Both the position numbers and the translations under genes were made by a program. Shown in pieces: positions 20,169 through 31,019 of a stretch of 56,640 nucleotides of DNA. This DNA comes from Planctomyces sp. (GTDB lineage Bacteria > Planctomycetota > Planctomycetia > Planctomycetales > Planctomycetaceae): NCBI GenBank assembly GCA_013822855.1, contig PNLE01000003.1, positions 1 through 56,640 on the forward strand, written 5' to 3'. Position 1 is the first letter of the stretch, and the number at the start of each line of letters is the position of its first letter. The notes below the pieces were generated by a model, which saw only the letters and a list, made by a program, of their open reading frames with translations, was not told the DNA's origin and ran no database searches.

Positions 20169-21917
20169 ATGCTGGTGAAACACGGGATCGCTGTCTCTCC
20201 CGGAGTCGCCATTGGTCAGTCGATGGTGCTCGGGGCGGAAGCATTCCGTATCCCGCAGAGGTTTGTCAGCGTCTCCGCCGTCGATGTGGAAATCACCCGC
20301 TTCCAGACGGCCCTTCAAGCCGTCTGCACGGATATCGAAGAGAACGAACGGGTCGCCCGCGAGCGGCTGGGAAGCCAGTATGCGGCCATCTTCACCGCCC
20401 ATTTGATGATGGTGCAGGATCGGAAAGTTGTCGACGAGATCGAATCGCTTGTCAGGCAAAAGTGCTTTTCGCCCGAGTTCGCCGTCAGCCGGGTGTTCCG
20501 TCAATACGCCAAGAAGTTTCAAAACCTGGGCGTCCCGTACCTGGCCGAACGGGCGACGGACATCTTCGACCTTGAGAAACGAGTTTTGCGGCAGCTGCTG
20601 GGCGAGCGCCGCGAGGAATTGCGGAACATCACCGCCCCGGTTCTGATTCTCGCCCACAATCTCACCCCAAGCGAAACCGCCAGTCTCGATAAAGGATATG
20701 TGCTGGGGTTCGCCACGGAAGTGGGCGGGACGACCAGCCATACGGCGATCCTCGCCGGGGCGCTGGAGCTTCCCGCAGTGGTGGGTGTCGGCAACTTCCT
20801 GTCGGATGTGGCGGGTGCGGATACGGTGATCATCGACGGCAGCCACGGCACCGTGATCATCGACCCCGACCCGGACACGCTCGCCCGTTACCGTGCTTCG
20901 GAGCAGGAGCACCGCAACTTCTCGAGCCGTCTCGAGTCGATCCGGACATTGCCCAGCGTGACGCAGGATGGCGTGGCGATCTCGCTCTATGGAAATATCG
21001 AGTTCCCCCATGAAGCCGCTTCGGCCCGCCAGCGGGGAGGCGAGGGGATCGGTCTCTACCGCACCGAATTCCTTTATCTCGATGCCAGTGCCGAACCGAC
21101 GGAGGAAGACCACTACCAGTCGTATTGCGAAGTGCTCAGGGCGTTTCCCGATCGTCCCGTGGTGATCCGCACGCTCGACCTGGGTGCGGACAAGCTCCCC
21201 ATCGGCTTCCGCATGGAGTACCCGGAAGGGGTCAATCCGGCTCTCAGCCTGCGGAGCATTCGCCTGAGTCTGCAGCATCTCGATTTGTTCCGTACGCAGC
21301 TGCGTGCCATCGCGCGGGCGGCGTGCCATGGCGATCTCCGAATCATGTTTCCGCTCATTTCGACCCTCCTGGAGCTTCGCCAGGCCAAAATGATTCTGGG
21401 AGACGTGCTGGAGGATCTGGAAGAGCAGGGGATCCCGTTCCGGCGGGACATCTCCGTCGGCATGATGATGGAAGTCCCCTCGGCGGCCATCATGGCCGAG
21501 CAATTCGCGCGGGAAGTCGACTTCTTTTCCATCGGCACCAACGATCTGATTCAATACACCTTGGCGGCGGATCGAGGCGATCCCCGGATCTCGAACCTTT
21601 ACCGTGCGGGCGACCCGTCGATCGTGCGGCTGATCCAAATTGTCGTGAAGGCTGGCCAGAGCCGGGGAATTCCTGTATCAGTATGTGGTCAAATGAGTTC
21701 GGATCCGCTTTTCGTTCCACTCCTGGTGGGACTTGGCCTCAGGCATCTGAGTGTGACGCCACACCTGATTCCAGAGATCAAGGAGTTGATCCGGAAGCTG
21801 ACGATCTCGAAGGCGGAGAATCTGGCGAACCGTGTGATGCGGATGGAGACGGCCAACGATGTCGAGAGTTTTCTTCGCGGTGAGTACCGCAAGCTTTCTC
21901 CCGAATCACCGGCTTGA
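20169..21917 (+). CDS. ptsI: Phosphoenolpyruvate-protein phosphotransferase (PTS Enzyme I)
   Basis: GGTTSHTAILAGALELPAVVGV (phospho-His region), PEP-utilising IGTNDLIQYTLAADR, RTEFLYL. Confidence 0.9.
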   Translation: MLVKHGIAVSPGVAIGQSMVLGAEAFRIPQRFVSVSAVDVEITRFQTALQAVCTDIEENERVARERLGSQYAAIFTAHLMMVQDRKVVDEIESLVRQKCFSPEFAVSRVFRQYAKKFQNLGVPYLAERATDIFDLEKRVLRQLLGERREELRNITAPVLILAHNLTPSETASLDKGYVLGFATEVGGTTSHTAILAGALELPAVVGVGNFLSDVAGADTVIIDGSHGTVIIDPDPDTLARYRASEQEHRNFSSRLESIRTLPSVTQDGVAISLYGNIEFPHEAASARQRGGEGIGLYRTEFLYLDASAEPTEEDHYQSYCEVLRAFPDRPVVIRTLDLGADKLPIGFRMEYPEGVNPALSLRSIRLSLQHLDLFRTQLRAIARAACHGDLRIMFPLISTLLELRQAKMILGDVLEDLEEQGIPFRRDISVGMMMEVPSAAIMAEQFAREVDFFSIGTNDLIQYTLAADRGDPRISNLYRAGDPSIVRLIQIVVKAGQSRGIPVSVCGQMSSDPLFVPLLVGLGLRHLSVTPHLIPEIKELIRKLTISKAENLANRVMRMETANDVESFLRGEYRKLSPESPA

Positions 21918-22711
21918 ACCCACCTCGTATTCTGGTTGGCATCCCCTATCAAGTTTCGTTGGTTGATGCCTCCTCTTCAGGGTCCGGTCTCGATGGCCCC
22001 GCGTTCAAGGTTCCGCGTCAAGAATCTTTGCAGTCAAGTTTCTGTTTGGTACTTAAAGTTAGTCCGCGTGTGAACAACCTGTCAGCCCAGTCGAAAACGG
22101 AATGCCCAGTGACCGCGATCCCCGCTCCGAACGGGATGCCGCACTGCGAAGCCATCGACGTTTTTCAGTGCTGTGGTGATCCCGCATGCGGGGACGGCGT
22201 CGCCAGGAAGAGCCCAGTGCCCGTGTTGGCACGATCGGCGATTTCCTCCTGGCCTTCCGACTCCCGCTCGACACGCTCTTCCCTTCGGTTTCCCCCGCAG
22301 TCGATCTCTTCCGGTCAGCTTTGCTCCGTTGAGCCCGTCAAGGCTCTGACAGTGATGCCCCTGGATGTTGTGTGTCGGGCGAAACCCTTCGGAAGCCGCG
22401 ATCTTCAGTTCGACTTCCCGCGCCGGGTGACCTCCCCTTCGATCTTCGGATCGCCAACGGGAAATTTCACCAAGTTGCAGTGGTTGGATGGTGGATTGCG
22501 TTCGTCGTCTCGGACGAATCCGCCACCTGGGCGGATCGTCTCTGGATTGCCTCGATGTACGAAAAACTTCGATCTGGTTTCGGCATTCGCCGAAGATCCG
22601 GGCCTCGGGTTAGCACCGAAAATCTCATCCAGAAAATCTTTCCGGCTGTGTCGCCGCGAACTGGTGTGAAATCGGTGGAGTTGACATGCGGCTGGCTCCG
22701 AAAGGTCGGCC

Positions 22712-24325
<1,614 letters not shown>

Positions 24326-24358
24326 TCGGCTACAAATGGCGAATTGTGAATCCAATCA

Positions 24359-24390
24359 CCCCGGGCGGGCACCGGCCCGGGGTTTGATTT
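24359..24390 (+). terminator. GC-rich hairpin downstream of rng (CCCCGGGC-N8-GCCCGGGG + TTTGATTTT)
   Basis: Inverted repeat read directly. The T-tract is interrupted. Confidence 0.4.
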
Positions 24391-24445
24391 TCGTCTGATT
24401 TGCATGTTCTGGGCTGGCTGGTGTGCCGCCCTTGGGAGTTGGAAT

Positions 24446-24790
24446 ATGGTTTTCGCAGTCTTTGAAGATGGCAGCCGTCAGTACCGCGTTTCGGTGGGCG
24501 ATGTTCTCACTGTCGATTATCGAAGCGAAGCAAACAACGGCGACGTGTTGACCTTCGACAAGGTGCTCCTCGCCAATGGCGGTGCCGACAGTTTGGTGGG
24601 CACTCCCGTGGTGGAAGGTGCGGCTGTGGTGGCCGAAGTGGTGAACAACCTGTTCAAGGGCCCCAAACTCGAAATCCAAAAGCTCCGCCGCCGCAAGAGC
24701 AGCAAGCGACACACGGGTCACCGCCAGAAGCACACGCAGATCAAGGTGACCGCCGTCAACGTCCCCAATCTGGCACTGGCCACTAACTAG
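24446..24790 (+). CDS. rplU: 50S ribosomal protein L21
   Basis: MVFAVFEDGSRQYRVSVGDVL... typical L21. ORF track start 24404 is upstream; placed at the conserved Met. Confidence 0.85.
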   Translation: MVFAVFEDGSRQYRVSVGDVLTVDYRSEANNGDVLTFDKVLLANGGADSLVGTPVVEGAAVVAEVVNNLFKGPKLEIQKLRRRKSSKRHTGHRQKHTQIKVTAVNVPNLALATN

Positions 24791-24841
24791 TTAAGCCTCT
24801 CCCTGCAAGGCCATATGGCCCGGCAATCGGTTCAATTGAAA

Positions 24842-24879
24842 AGCCAGCCCTCTTTCGTGGAGGGCTGGCTTTTTTTGTG
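24842..24879 (+). terminator. Rho-independent terminator after rplU
   Basis: AGCCAGCCCTC-tttcgtg-GAGGGCTGGCT followed by TTTTTTT. Confidence 0.8.
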
Positions 24880-25164
24880 ATCCATAGCGTGACACACATG
24901 TACTGGCTACTCGTGGAGGGCGTATCATTCACCCTCCAATTGAAAATCGGGATCTATGCACCATGCTTGCAGCTCTGGGCAAACATATTTAGTTGACTTT
25001 CAGTGAGCCGTTTCAAGTTACCATTCGAATGTCCGAAGATCAGCCTCGCCGTTGGTTGGCCCGATGGTGATCTACGCCCTCGGTCTGATTCCCGGTGCTG
25101 AAAAGCCAGGTCGTTCCAACTGGGACGGGAATCGATCGAGGTGGAACCAGCGAAGATAATCCCG

Positions 25165-26106
25165 CTATTGCTTCAACGGGTGCTTCTGGAAAAACTCCCA
25201 TATCAGGTCGTTCGCCGAGACGGTCTTGACCGACTTGCCGATGAAGCCGACTGATGGCGTCTGTCCCGGCCAGGTATGGCCCCCTTCCTCGATCACGATC
25301 AAAACCACCTCCGAACCCTCCTTGCCACCCCTGTAGGACTTGCGAGTGACCTTCATTTCGTCTCCATCTTTGGAGATTGTGTCGGTCGTTGGAGTTTCAT
25401 CGCAGTCGTTCAACTTCACCCAGGTCTGGATCGAGTCCTCGACACTCTGCAACTTGATGAATGATGGCGAAGTTCCCTTTGGTATTTCGAACGGAACGAT
25501 ATTGTCCTTCGAGCCATGAAAGTGGATGACCGGCACGGGCCGCTTGGGTCGGCTTTCCTCGATGACGATGGTTCCTGCCACAGGAGCAATGGAGGCGATC
25601 CGGTCAGACAATTCCGAAGCGAGGCGGTAGCACATCATACCGCCGTTGCTCATGCCACAGGCATAGACCCGCTGCTCATCGACCTTGACCAGCGATGCGA
25701 TGTCATCCAGCAGTTTGTCGATGAAGGCCACATCGTCGGCCTTTCCCTCGGCCAGCTTTCCCGAGAACCCACCCGCATTCCATTTGCGAAATGGTCCCAC
25801 ACCCAGACCGTTGGGATAGACGACGATGAAACCAGCTTCGTCGGATTTGCGATTCAGGCCGGAAAACCCAGCCATCATTGCGGCGTCCATGGCGGCGCCA
25901 TGCAATGCCAGCACGATCGGAGAGGGCTTCCCGGAGTCGTGATGCGGCGGAACATGGACGACGAATGTCCGCTTTTGGTCACCCATCATCAATGTCCGGG
26001 TGTGATCGCCGGGGCCGAGGGGAACGGGCGGTTTTGGGGCTTCCTGGGCCTGTGCCAGGCAAACCATCAGGCTGGCTACACATAGCGCAATGACCGATCT
26101 CCGCAT
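25165..26106 (-). CDS. Secreted alpha/beta-hydrolase, PHB-depolymerase/esterase (LpqC-like) family
   Basis: Signal peptide MRRSVIALCVASLMVCLAQA. Nucleophile elbow CGMSNGG, LALHGAAMD, VVYPNG. ORF track extends to 26202. Confidence 0.7.
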   Translation of the reverse strand: MRRSVIALCVASLMVCLAQAQEAPKPPVPLGPGDHTRTLMMGDQKRTFVVHVPPHHDSGKPSPIVLALHGAAMDAAMMAGFSGLNRKSDEAGFIVVYPNGLGVGPFRKWNAGGFSGKLAEGKADDVAFIDKLLDDIASLVKVDEQRVYACGMSNGGMMCYRLASELSDRIASIAPVAGTIVIEESRPKRPVPVIHFHGSKDNIVPFEIPKGTSPSFIKLQSVEDSIQTWVKLNDCDETPTTDTISKDGDEMKVTRKSYRGGKEGSEVVLIVIEEGGHTWPGQTPSVGFIGKSVKTVSANDLIWEFFQKHPLKQ

Positions 26107-26757
26107 CTTCAGCTCTCCCCTCGCCAGCTCTCTGCCTCCGGTCGGCTGGCTATTGTCATCAAGTGCCTGGCTCGGCGCTTGGAAAGGAACGATGGCGCTC
26201 ACCAGACCATTCTCACAATGAATTCTTTAAAGGCTACCACGAATTCATTTCCCCGCCTCTTGTCAGTCTCGAAATCCATCAGTGTCCCCACTCGGACTTC
26301 CCGGTTTTGAGCGTCGTCTTTTGAGCTGGCACTAGTTCGATATCTTATTAGCAGCGATTCTGATCTCCGCAATACCCTGATGCTACTTTCGGCCCGAACT
26401 AGGATGAAGTGGATCGCATCCACCGCCACCATTCGCGTCGCTGTTCAGATGCAAGAAAGCCTCGTCCGAGTGGTTGCCATAAACAAGTGACTCGTTTCAG
26501 GTCTCCATGTTTCAACCGACCTTGGATGCCAGAAGGTTGTGAACCACCTTCTCATCCACATCGGTTAACCGCTGGTTCCACCCCGCCTGCCGATAAGTCA
26601 AACACGTGTGATTGATACCGAGAAGAGGCCGGTCGGGATCGGCCACGGCCAGGACAACGTGGATCTAACGTCGCCGCGCGAACCTTTGTGCGTAGGGCGC
26701 GTCTGAGTGCATTGAATGAACTCAATTATCCACCGACATCGAGAAAGGAGGGCCACC

Positions 26758-26835
26758 ATGTGCACGTGCAGTCTCTTCAACCCAACACACTTGAATCAGC
26801 CCTGCGGATGTTCCCCGGTGGCCCCTACTTGCTGA
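26758..26835 (+). CDS. Candidate Cys-rich micro-ORF (25 aa: MCTCSLFNPTHLNQPCGCSPVAPTC)
   Basis: ATG preceded by AAAGGAGG with 6-nt spacer. Five Cys in 25 residues. The stop overlaps a 12-bp perfect hairpin. Too short for the ORF track; found by reading. Confidence 0.3.
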   Translation: MCTCSLFNPTHLNQPCGCSPVAPTC

Positions 26836-26860
26836 CGTGAATCCTGGGAGGATTCACGTC
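26834..26860 (+). promoter_or_regulatory. Perfect 12-bp stem / 3-nt loop hairpin (GACGTGAATCCT-GGG-AGGATTCACGTC) between micro-ORF and downstream gene
   Basis: Read directly. No T-tract, so more likely an attenuator/stability element than an intrinsic terminator. Confidence 0.5.
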
Positions 26861-26883
26861 GTCTCCTCAACAGGATCTATCTC

Positions 26884-27690
26884 ATGAATGTTGATATTCT
26901 CCAGCGGCAGTTCACCCGTATTGGTGCGCGGGCCCAGGTGCGTTGGCTTAACGGCGACGGCGTCCAGAGTCGCGGCCCCGTAGCGCTCGATATCACACGC
27001 GATCAGTTCGGCGAAATGTTCGACATTCGATTGTCGAAAGATACTCCGGCCGATATCGAGGTTCTGCACGTGGAACCTCGGCAGCGGCATCTGCTGCTCA
27101 TGTCGCGATCCGATAACGACGAGAAGCACAAATTTCTGTGCGGTCACGATGAACGTCATTGGTTCGTTGCCGCCGTTCCGGAAAATCGGGCGGTCTCGAC
27201 AGTTCGAACCGCGATGGAAGCCCTCAAGCCGACGGAAGTCGTGGGTCGTCAATATCGGGCCCATGTCCGGCGGAAGAACTGGAATCGGCGACGCAATGCC
27301 GCCTTCATTCGGCAAGGAGAATGGTTTTTCGTTCCCGAACCGAGGTTGATCGTCAATGAGAAGCTGGTGTTAACCAATGAACCCTTGCGGCGAGGCGGGG
27401 GAAAGCCACACTTGGTGGAGTTTCTCTATCGATCGGGTGGCGATGTCGTTTATGTCTGTCCACAGAAGCCGAACGGCCTCACGTCGTCGCAGTTCAATAC
27501 GCTGGTGTCACGCAAGCCCGAGGCGAGACATTGGCCCTGGTCGACCATGCGTCGCAACCCGTCGGTCCATGTGAAGGGCAGGGTCCGGCACGCGGATCAC
27601 GCCACGATTGTGCTGCACGACTGGCATCGGGTGTTGATGAACACGGAAACGCAAGCGGCTGCCATGCGGCACGTGGCGTTCCTGGATTAA
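26884..27690 (+). CDS. Hypothetical protein (268 aa), unknown function, no TM
   Basis: Intact ORF with genome-typical codon usage. No recognisable motifs. Confidence 0.55.
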   Translation: MNVDILQRQFTRIGARAQVRWLNGDGVQSRGPVALDITRDQFGEMFDIRLSKDTPADIEVLHVEPRQRHLLLMSRSDNDEKHKFLCGHDERHWFVAAVPENRAVSTVRTAMEALKPTEVVGRQYRAHVRRKNWNRRRNAAFIRQGEWFFVPEPRLIVNEKLVLTNEPLRRGGGKPHLVEFLYRSGGDVVYVCPQKPNGLTSSQFNTLVSRKPEARHWPWSTMRRNPSVHVKGRVRHADHATIVLHDWHRVLMNTETQAAAMRHVAFLD

Positions 27691-27738
27691 AGGCCGAGAG
27701 ATCGGTCTCGCGGGCGAGGTACATACCGCGCCCGCACA

Positions 27739-27813
27739 TGGTGTTCGTAGTGTAGTGGTCGCTGCATGTCGGCCTGTGACGCCGAAGGTGACGGTTCGAT
27801 TCCGTTCGAACAC
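27739..27813 (+). tRNA. tRNA-His (anticodon GTG) with encoded G-1
   Basis: Cloverleaf folded by hand. 8-bp acceptor including G-1:C73 (His hallmark), anticodon loop CTGTGAC, T-loop GGTTCGATTCC. CCA not encoded. Confidence 0.85.
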
Positions 27814-27910
27814 CTGTTTGAGACTGGAGGCTTGAGACTTGAAGTTGGAGTGAAATGCCGCTCGCTATGCACTTCCAGTAGTGTCCAGCCTTCAGTCTCC
27901 AGCTTCACCC

Positions 27911-27982
27911 GACGCTGAGGCCACACGGTGTGGCGGCGGCCTGCAAAGCCGCATCCAGTGGGTTCGATTCCCACCGGCGTCT
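27911..27982 (+). tRNA. tRNA-Cys (anticodon GCA)
   Basis: Acceptor GACGCTG/CGGCGTC, D-arm GCCA/TGGC, anticodon loop CTGCAAA, T-arm GTGGG-TTCGATT-CCCAC. Confidence 0.8.
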
Positions 27983-28175
27983 CTTCGCAGGCCGGAGACT
28001 GGAGACCTGAGGTTGGAAAGGGAAGTGATCATCACGCTCTTTCTATAACCTCCAGCCTCCGGTCCTCCGCCTCACATGCAAGCTCCATTGATGTTTCCGT
28101 CCAGCGGCAGCCGCGCCACCCGGTCGGGTTGGGCCGCGTCTGTGCCGGACATGGGTTCAAAACGGAACTCGGCGG

Positions 28176-28248
28176 AGCAGGTTAGCTCAACGGGTAGAGC
28201 ACCAGATTAGAACTCTGGAAGTTGCGGGTTCGACTCCCGTACCACACG
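28176..28248 (+). pseudogene. Degenerate tRNA-like element (intact D-arm, anticodon arm and T-arm; acceptor stem does not pair; anticodon loop TTAGAAC)
   Basis: TAGCTCAACGGGTAGAGC D-arm, CCAGA-TTAGAAC-TCTGG, GCGGG-TTCGACT-CCCGT. 5' AGCAGGT cannot pair with 3' ACCACAC. Confidence 0.45.
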
Positions 28249-28650
28249 TCGGCTGATAACCGACTCCACCGGGTATGCCTTTGGGTATACCCACTTTGAA
28301 GCCCAAGGGGGGCACGTGTTCGAGTGATCGGCCCTTGTTTCGGCTCGCCGAGATAAGGGCAACAGAGGAAAACGCCCTGCAGAACGCGGATTCCGCTGGA
28401 ACTCGGGCTTGGCGACGATTTGAAGAAGGACTGGCGGATGTGTCCGGAGGCTTGCCTCGGATCGAACGCCGGTTCTGAAACCTATCGAAATCGAGTCGGA
28501 TGACAGCTCAAGCGTTTCTCCGCATTTTCACCTGCGATCCGCGAACATGTTGCCTTCCGCGGGTGTCTTTATACTCACGATAGTTATCTATCTTTAGCAG
28601 GTGCGGGGTGTTGCCCGCGATCTTTCGTTCCTCCGAAGGGGAGGTGAACC

Positions 28651-29757
28651 ATGATGTTTTACAAACTTTTCCAGATCCGCAGCTTCGAAGTCGGTCTCGT
28701 GTTCCGTGACGGCGAGTTCCGAGGTCTGCTCACTACGGGCAAACACCGGTACTTCGATCCCTTCAACAGGGTGAAAGTCGATATCGTCTCGCAGCGCGAT
28801 CCGTGGCTCGTCCACGAGAAGCTCGATTTGATCGTGAAGTCCGGCGCGCTGGCGGATCGTGCCGTCGTGCTGGAACTTAAGGATCATGAGCGGGCGCTCG
28901 TCTGGATCAACGACCGCTTCAGCCACATTCTGCCGGCGGGTCAATACGCCTACTGGACCGGCCAGAAGAATGTCCGGATCGAGGTCGTTGATATTCGTCC
29001 GGTCCGTTTCGTGCACGACCAGTTCAAGGTGATCGTCCGGTCCGCCTTGTCGAATCGCGTTCTCGATGTCTGCACAGTCCAGCGGGACCGCGTCGGTGTG
29101 CTGTTTATCGACGGTCGCTACGTCGACACCCTTCAGCCGGGCGAATACGCCTTCTGGAAGGGACCGGCGGATGCGAAGTTGGTGGAGGTCGATCTGCGTG
29201 AGACGATGGTCGATGTCGGCGGTCAGGAAATCATGACGGCCGACAAAGTCACCCTGCGTGTGAACGCCGTTGTAACCTACAAGGTGATCGACGCCCGCAA
29301 GGCGATCAGCCAGACGGACGACCTTCGCCAGGCGCTCTATCGCGACACGCAGCTCGTGCTGCGCGGCGTGGTGGGCGCCCGGGAACTCGATGTCTTCCTG
29401 ACGGACAAGGATGCCGTCGCGAAGGAGATCGAAGAGAACGTGCGACGACGGGCAGGTGAACTGGGTCTGGAAATCGCGTCGGTCGGCATCCGGGATGTCA
29501 TCCTGCCGGGCGATATGAAGGACCTGATGAACAAGGTGACCGAAGCCAGGAAGGCGGCCGAGGCCAACCTGATCGCGCGGCGTGAAGAAACGGCGGCCAT
29601 CCGCAGCCAGGCCAACACGGCCAAACTGCTGGCGGACAGCCCGACCCTCATGCGACTGCGCGAGCTGGAAGTCCTGGAAAAAATCGCCTCGGCAGGCAAG
29701 CTCAACATCGTCCTGGGCGACAAGGGCTTGGCTGACAAGGTCGTCAACCTGTTGTGA
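28651..29757 (+). CDS. SPFH/band-7 (stomatin/prohibitin-like) domain protein without TM, with triplicated N-terminal beta-hairpin motif
   Basis: C-terminal half is SPFH-like (QEIMTADKVTLRVNAVVTYKVIDARKA...IRDVILPGDMKDLMNKVTEARKAAEANLIARRE). N-terminal ~190 aa contain three similar segments (VGLVFRDGEFRGLL / ILPAGQYAYWTGQKNVRIEVVDIRPV / LQPGEYAFWKGPADAKLVEVDLRETM). No hydrophobic anchor. Confidence 0.7.
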   Translation: MMFYKLFQIRSFEVGLVFRDGEFRGLLTTGKHRYFDPFNRVKVDIVSQRDPWLVHEKLDLIVKSGALADRAVVLELKDHERALVWINDRFSHILPAGQYAYWTGQKNVRIEVVDIRPVRFVHDQFKVIVRSALSNRVLDVCTVQRDRVGVLFIDGRYVDTLQPGEYAFWKGPADAKLVEVDLRETMVDVGGQEIMTADKVTLRVNAVVTYKVIDARKAISQTDDLRQALYRDTQLVLRGVVGARELDVFLTDKDAVAKEIEENVRRRAGELGLEIASVGIRDVILPGDMKDLMNKVTEARKAAEANLIARREETAAIRSQANTAKLLADSPTLMRLRELEVLEKIASAGKLNIVLGDKGLADKVVNLL

Positions 29758-29783
29758 CCACTAACGATTGCACACAATCTACT

Positions 29784-29821
29784 CCCCTGGCTCGAGCAAT
29801 CGGCCCAGGGGTGTTTTTTTG
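29784..29821 (+). terminator. Rho-independent terminator after SPFH gene
   Basis: CCCCTGG...CCAGGGG hairpin followed by TGTTTTTTT. Confidence 0.7.
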
Positions 29822-29981
29822 ATAGACCATTCACGCTCCGCTTCTTACACGTCTACTGCATAGGCATTCGAGTTCTCAGAGGCGTTACAGTCAGCGATGA
29901 TTGTGAAAAGTTGGGGCACAAACCGGGGTACACAGTGGCCATCTTGGGTAATCTGGAGTCCGCAGCGGCTTGACCCGGAAA

Positions 29982-30013
29982 CGCAAAAACCCCTGAAAAA
30001 CAGGGGTTTTGCG
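29982..30013. terminator. Bidirectional hairpin terminator (CCCCTG-AAAAA-CAGGGG flanked by A- and T-runs), 3' of tRNA-Gln on minus strand
   Basis: Symmetric A5/T4-5 flanks give a U-tract on either strand. Confidence 0.6.
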
Positions 30014-30044
30014 AACTGGTGACAGTTTCTGAAGAGTTAACGAG

Positions 30045-30115
30045 TTGCCCGACGAGGGTTCGAACCTCGACCAAGTGATCCAGAGTCACTCGTGCTACCA
30101 TTACACCATCAGGCA
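30045..30115 (-). tRNA. tRNA-Gln (anticodon CTG)
   Basis: Reverse complement folds: acceptor TGCCTGA/TCGGGCA (U1:A72 as in tRNA-Gln), D-arm GTGT/GCAC, anticodon loop CTCTGGA, T-arm CGAGG-TTCGAAC-CCTCG. Confidence 0.8.
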
Positions 30116-31019
30116 GAGTGTGCGAAGAAGCTAAGGCAGAACCTTCTCATTCCCGGGATGTGCCAGAACACAGTTCAATGACCTTCCGGCCCTTGGCTGG
30201 TGAATGACAACATCGGATGATTTCAGGTTCGTACGAAACCTTCTCAACGCGCCGAGTATAACCAGACTCTTCGGCCTGCCAAAGCCAAACGGCCGATTTT
30301 CCCGGTAGACGATCTATGCTGACCACTTGCGATCAGAGTTGAACGCTCCCACATCCGCATGGAAGAACCGGTCGATTTCAATCTCCGAATGGGCCGTCTC
30401 GGACGAAAGTACAATTCCAGATGGGGAGTGGTGGAGGCGGCATTGCGTTTCCAATGATTGGTCGTCTGCAAGTTTTCTGGCATGTCGGAAGCCGACGCTG
30501 GATCTAAACTCGGATTCAAACTTTTTCTGGCCAAACGCGACTTCGGCCCACCTCAACACTGGCTTCCACCGGACAGATCGCCAATGTCTTCCAGAGTTCA
30601 TTTTTGCAAAATCTACACACCCTTTCGGCAAGGGTTGCAAGACTTTCAATGACATCTGGAGGAATGGGTAAAATGAGTGGGGTTGTTTGTCAGGTTTTCA
30701 ACTCCTCAAGTTTTGGCACGAGAGGTGCATTACCATTCTTTCGCTGCGGGCTGTGGGGACGGCTTGCAACACGAACGGAAGAGACAGGAAACGGTTGGCC
30801 CGGATGACATGTCCGGCCTTATCAGCTTCGGCTGAGCCGTGTGCCAATGGGAAGAGGGACGATCAGAGGCCTTGGTCTGCTGGTCGGAAATCACAAGGCC
30901 GTCGTTAGCCAGGGGGGCTCACGACGGCCTTGCTGTTTTTCTGCAAGCCAAAGTTTCAGATTCGCTCACCGGCGTCTCTCACGCACGGCATGCCGGAAGT
31001 TTGGCTGCGACCTTATGCT

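Noticed and set aside
20091-21638. 515-aa minus-strand ORF
   Set aside because: Antisense to ptsI.
21914-22669. 251-aa + strand ORF between ptsI and rng
   Set aside because: A/T-ending codon bias is atypical for this genome. Overlaps the ptsI stop. Treated as non-coding leader (see finding).
26199-26432. 77-aa minus-strand ORF at the esterase 5' end
   Set aside because: Lies in a visibly AT-richer spacer, overlaps the alternative esterase start. No support.
26800-26840. GCCACCATGG Kozak-like context at the micro-ORF start
   Set aside because: Coincidental resemblance. Irrelevant in bacteria.
28260-28290. Second tRNA-anticodon-arm-like hairpin (TCGG-CTGATAA-CCGA) and GGGTAT…ATACCC hairpin
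   Set aside because: No accompanying D/T arms or acceptor stem. Kept only as a note under the degenerate tRNA finding.
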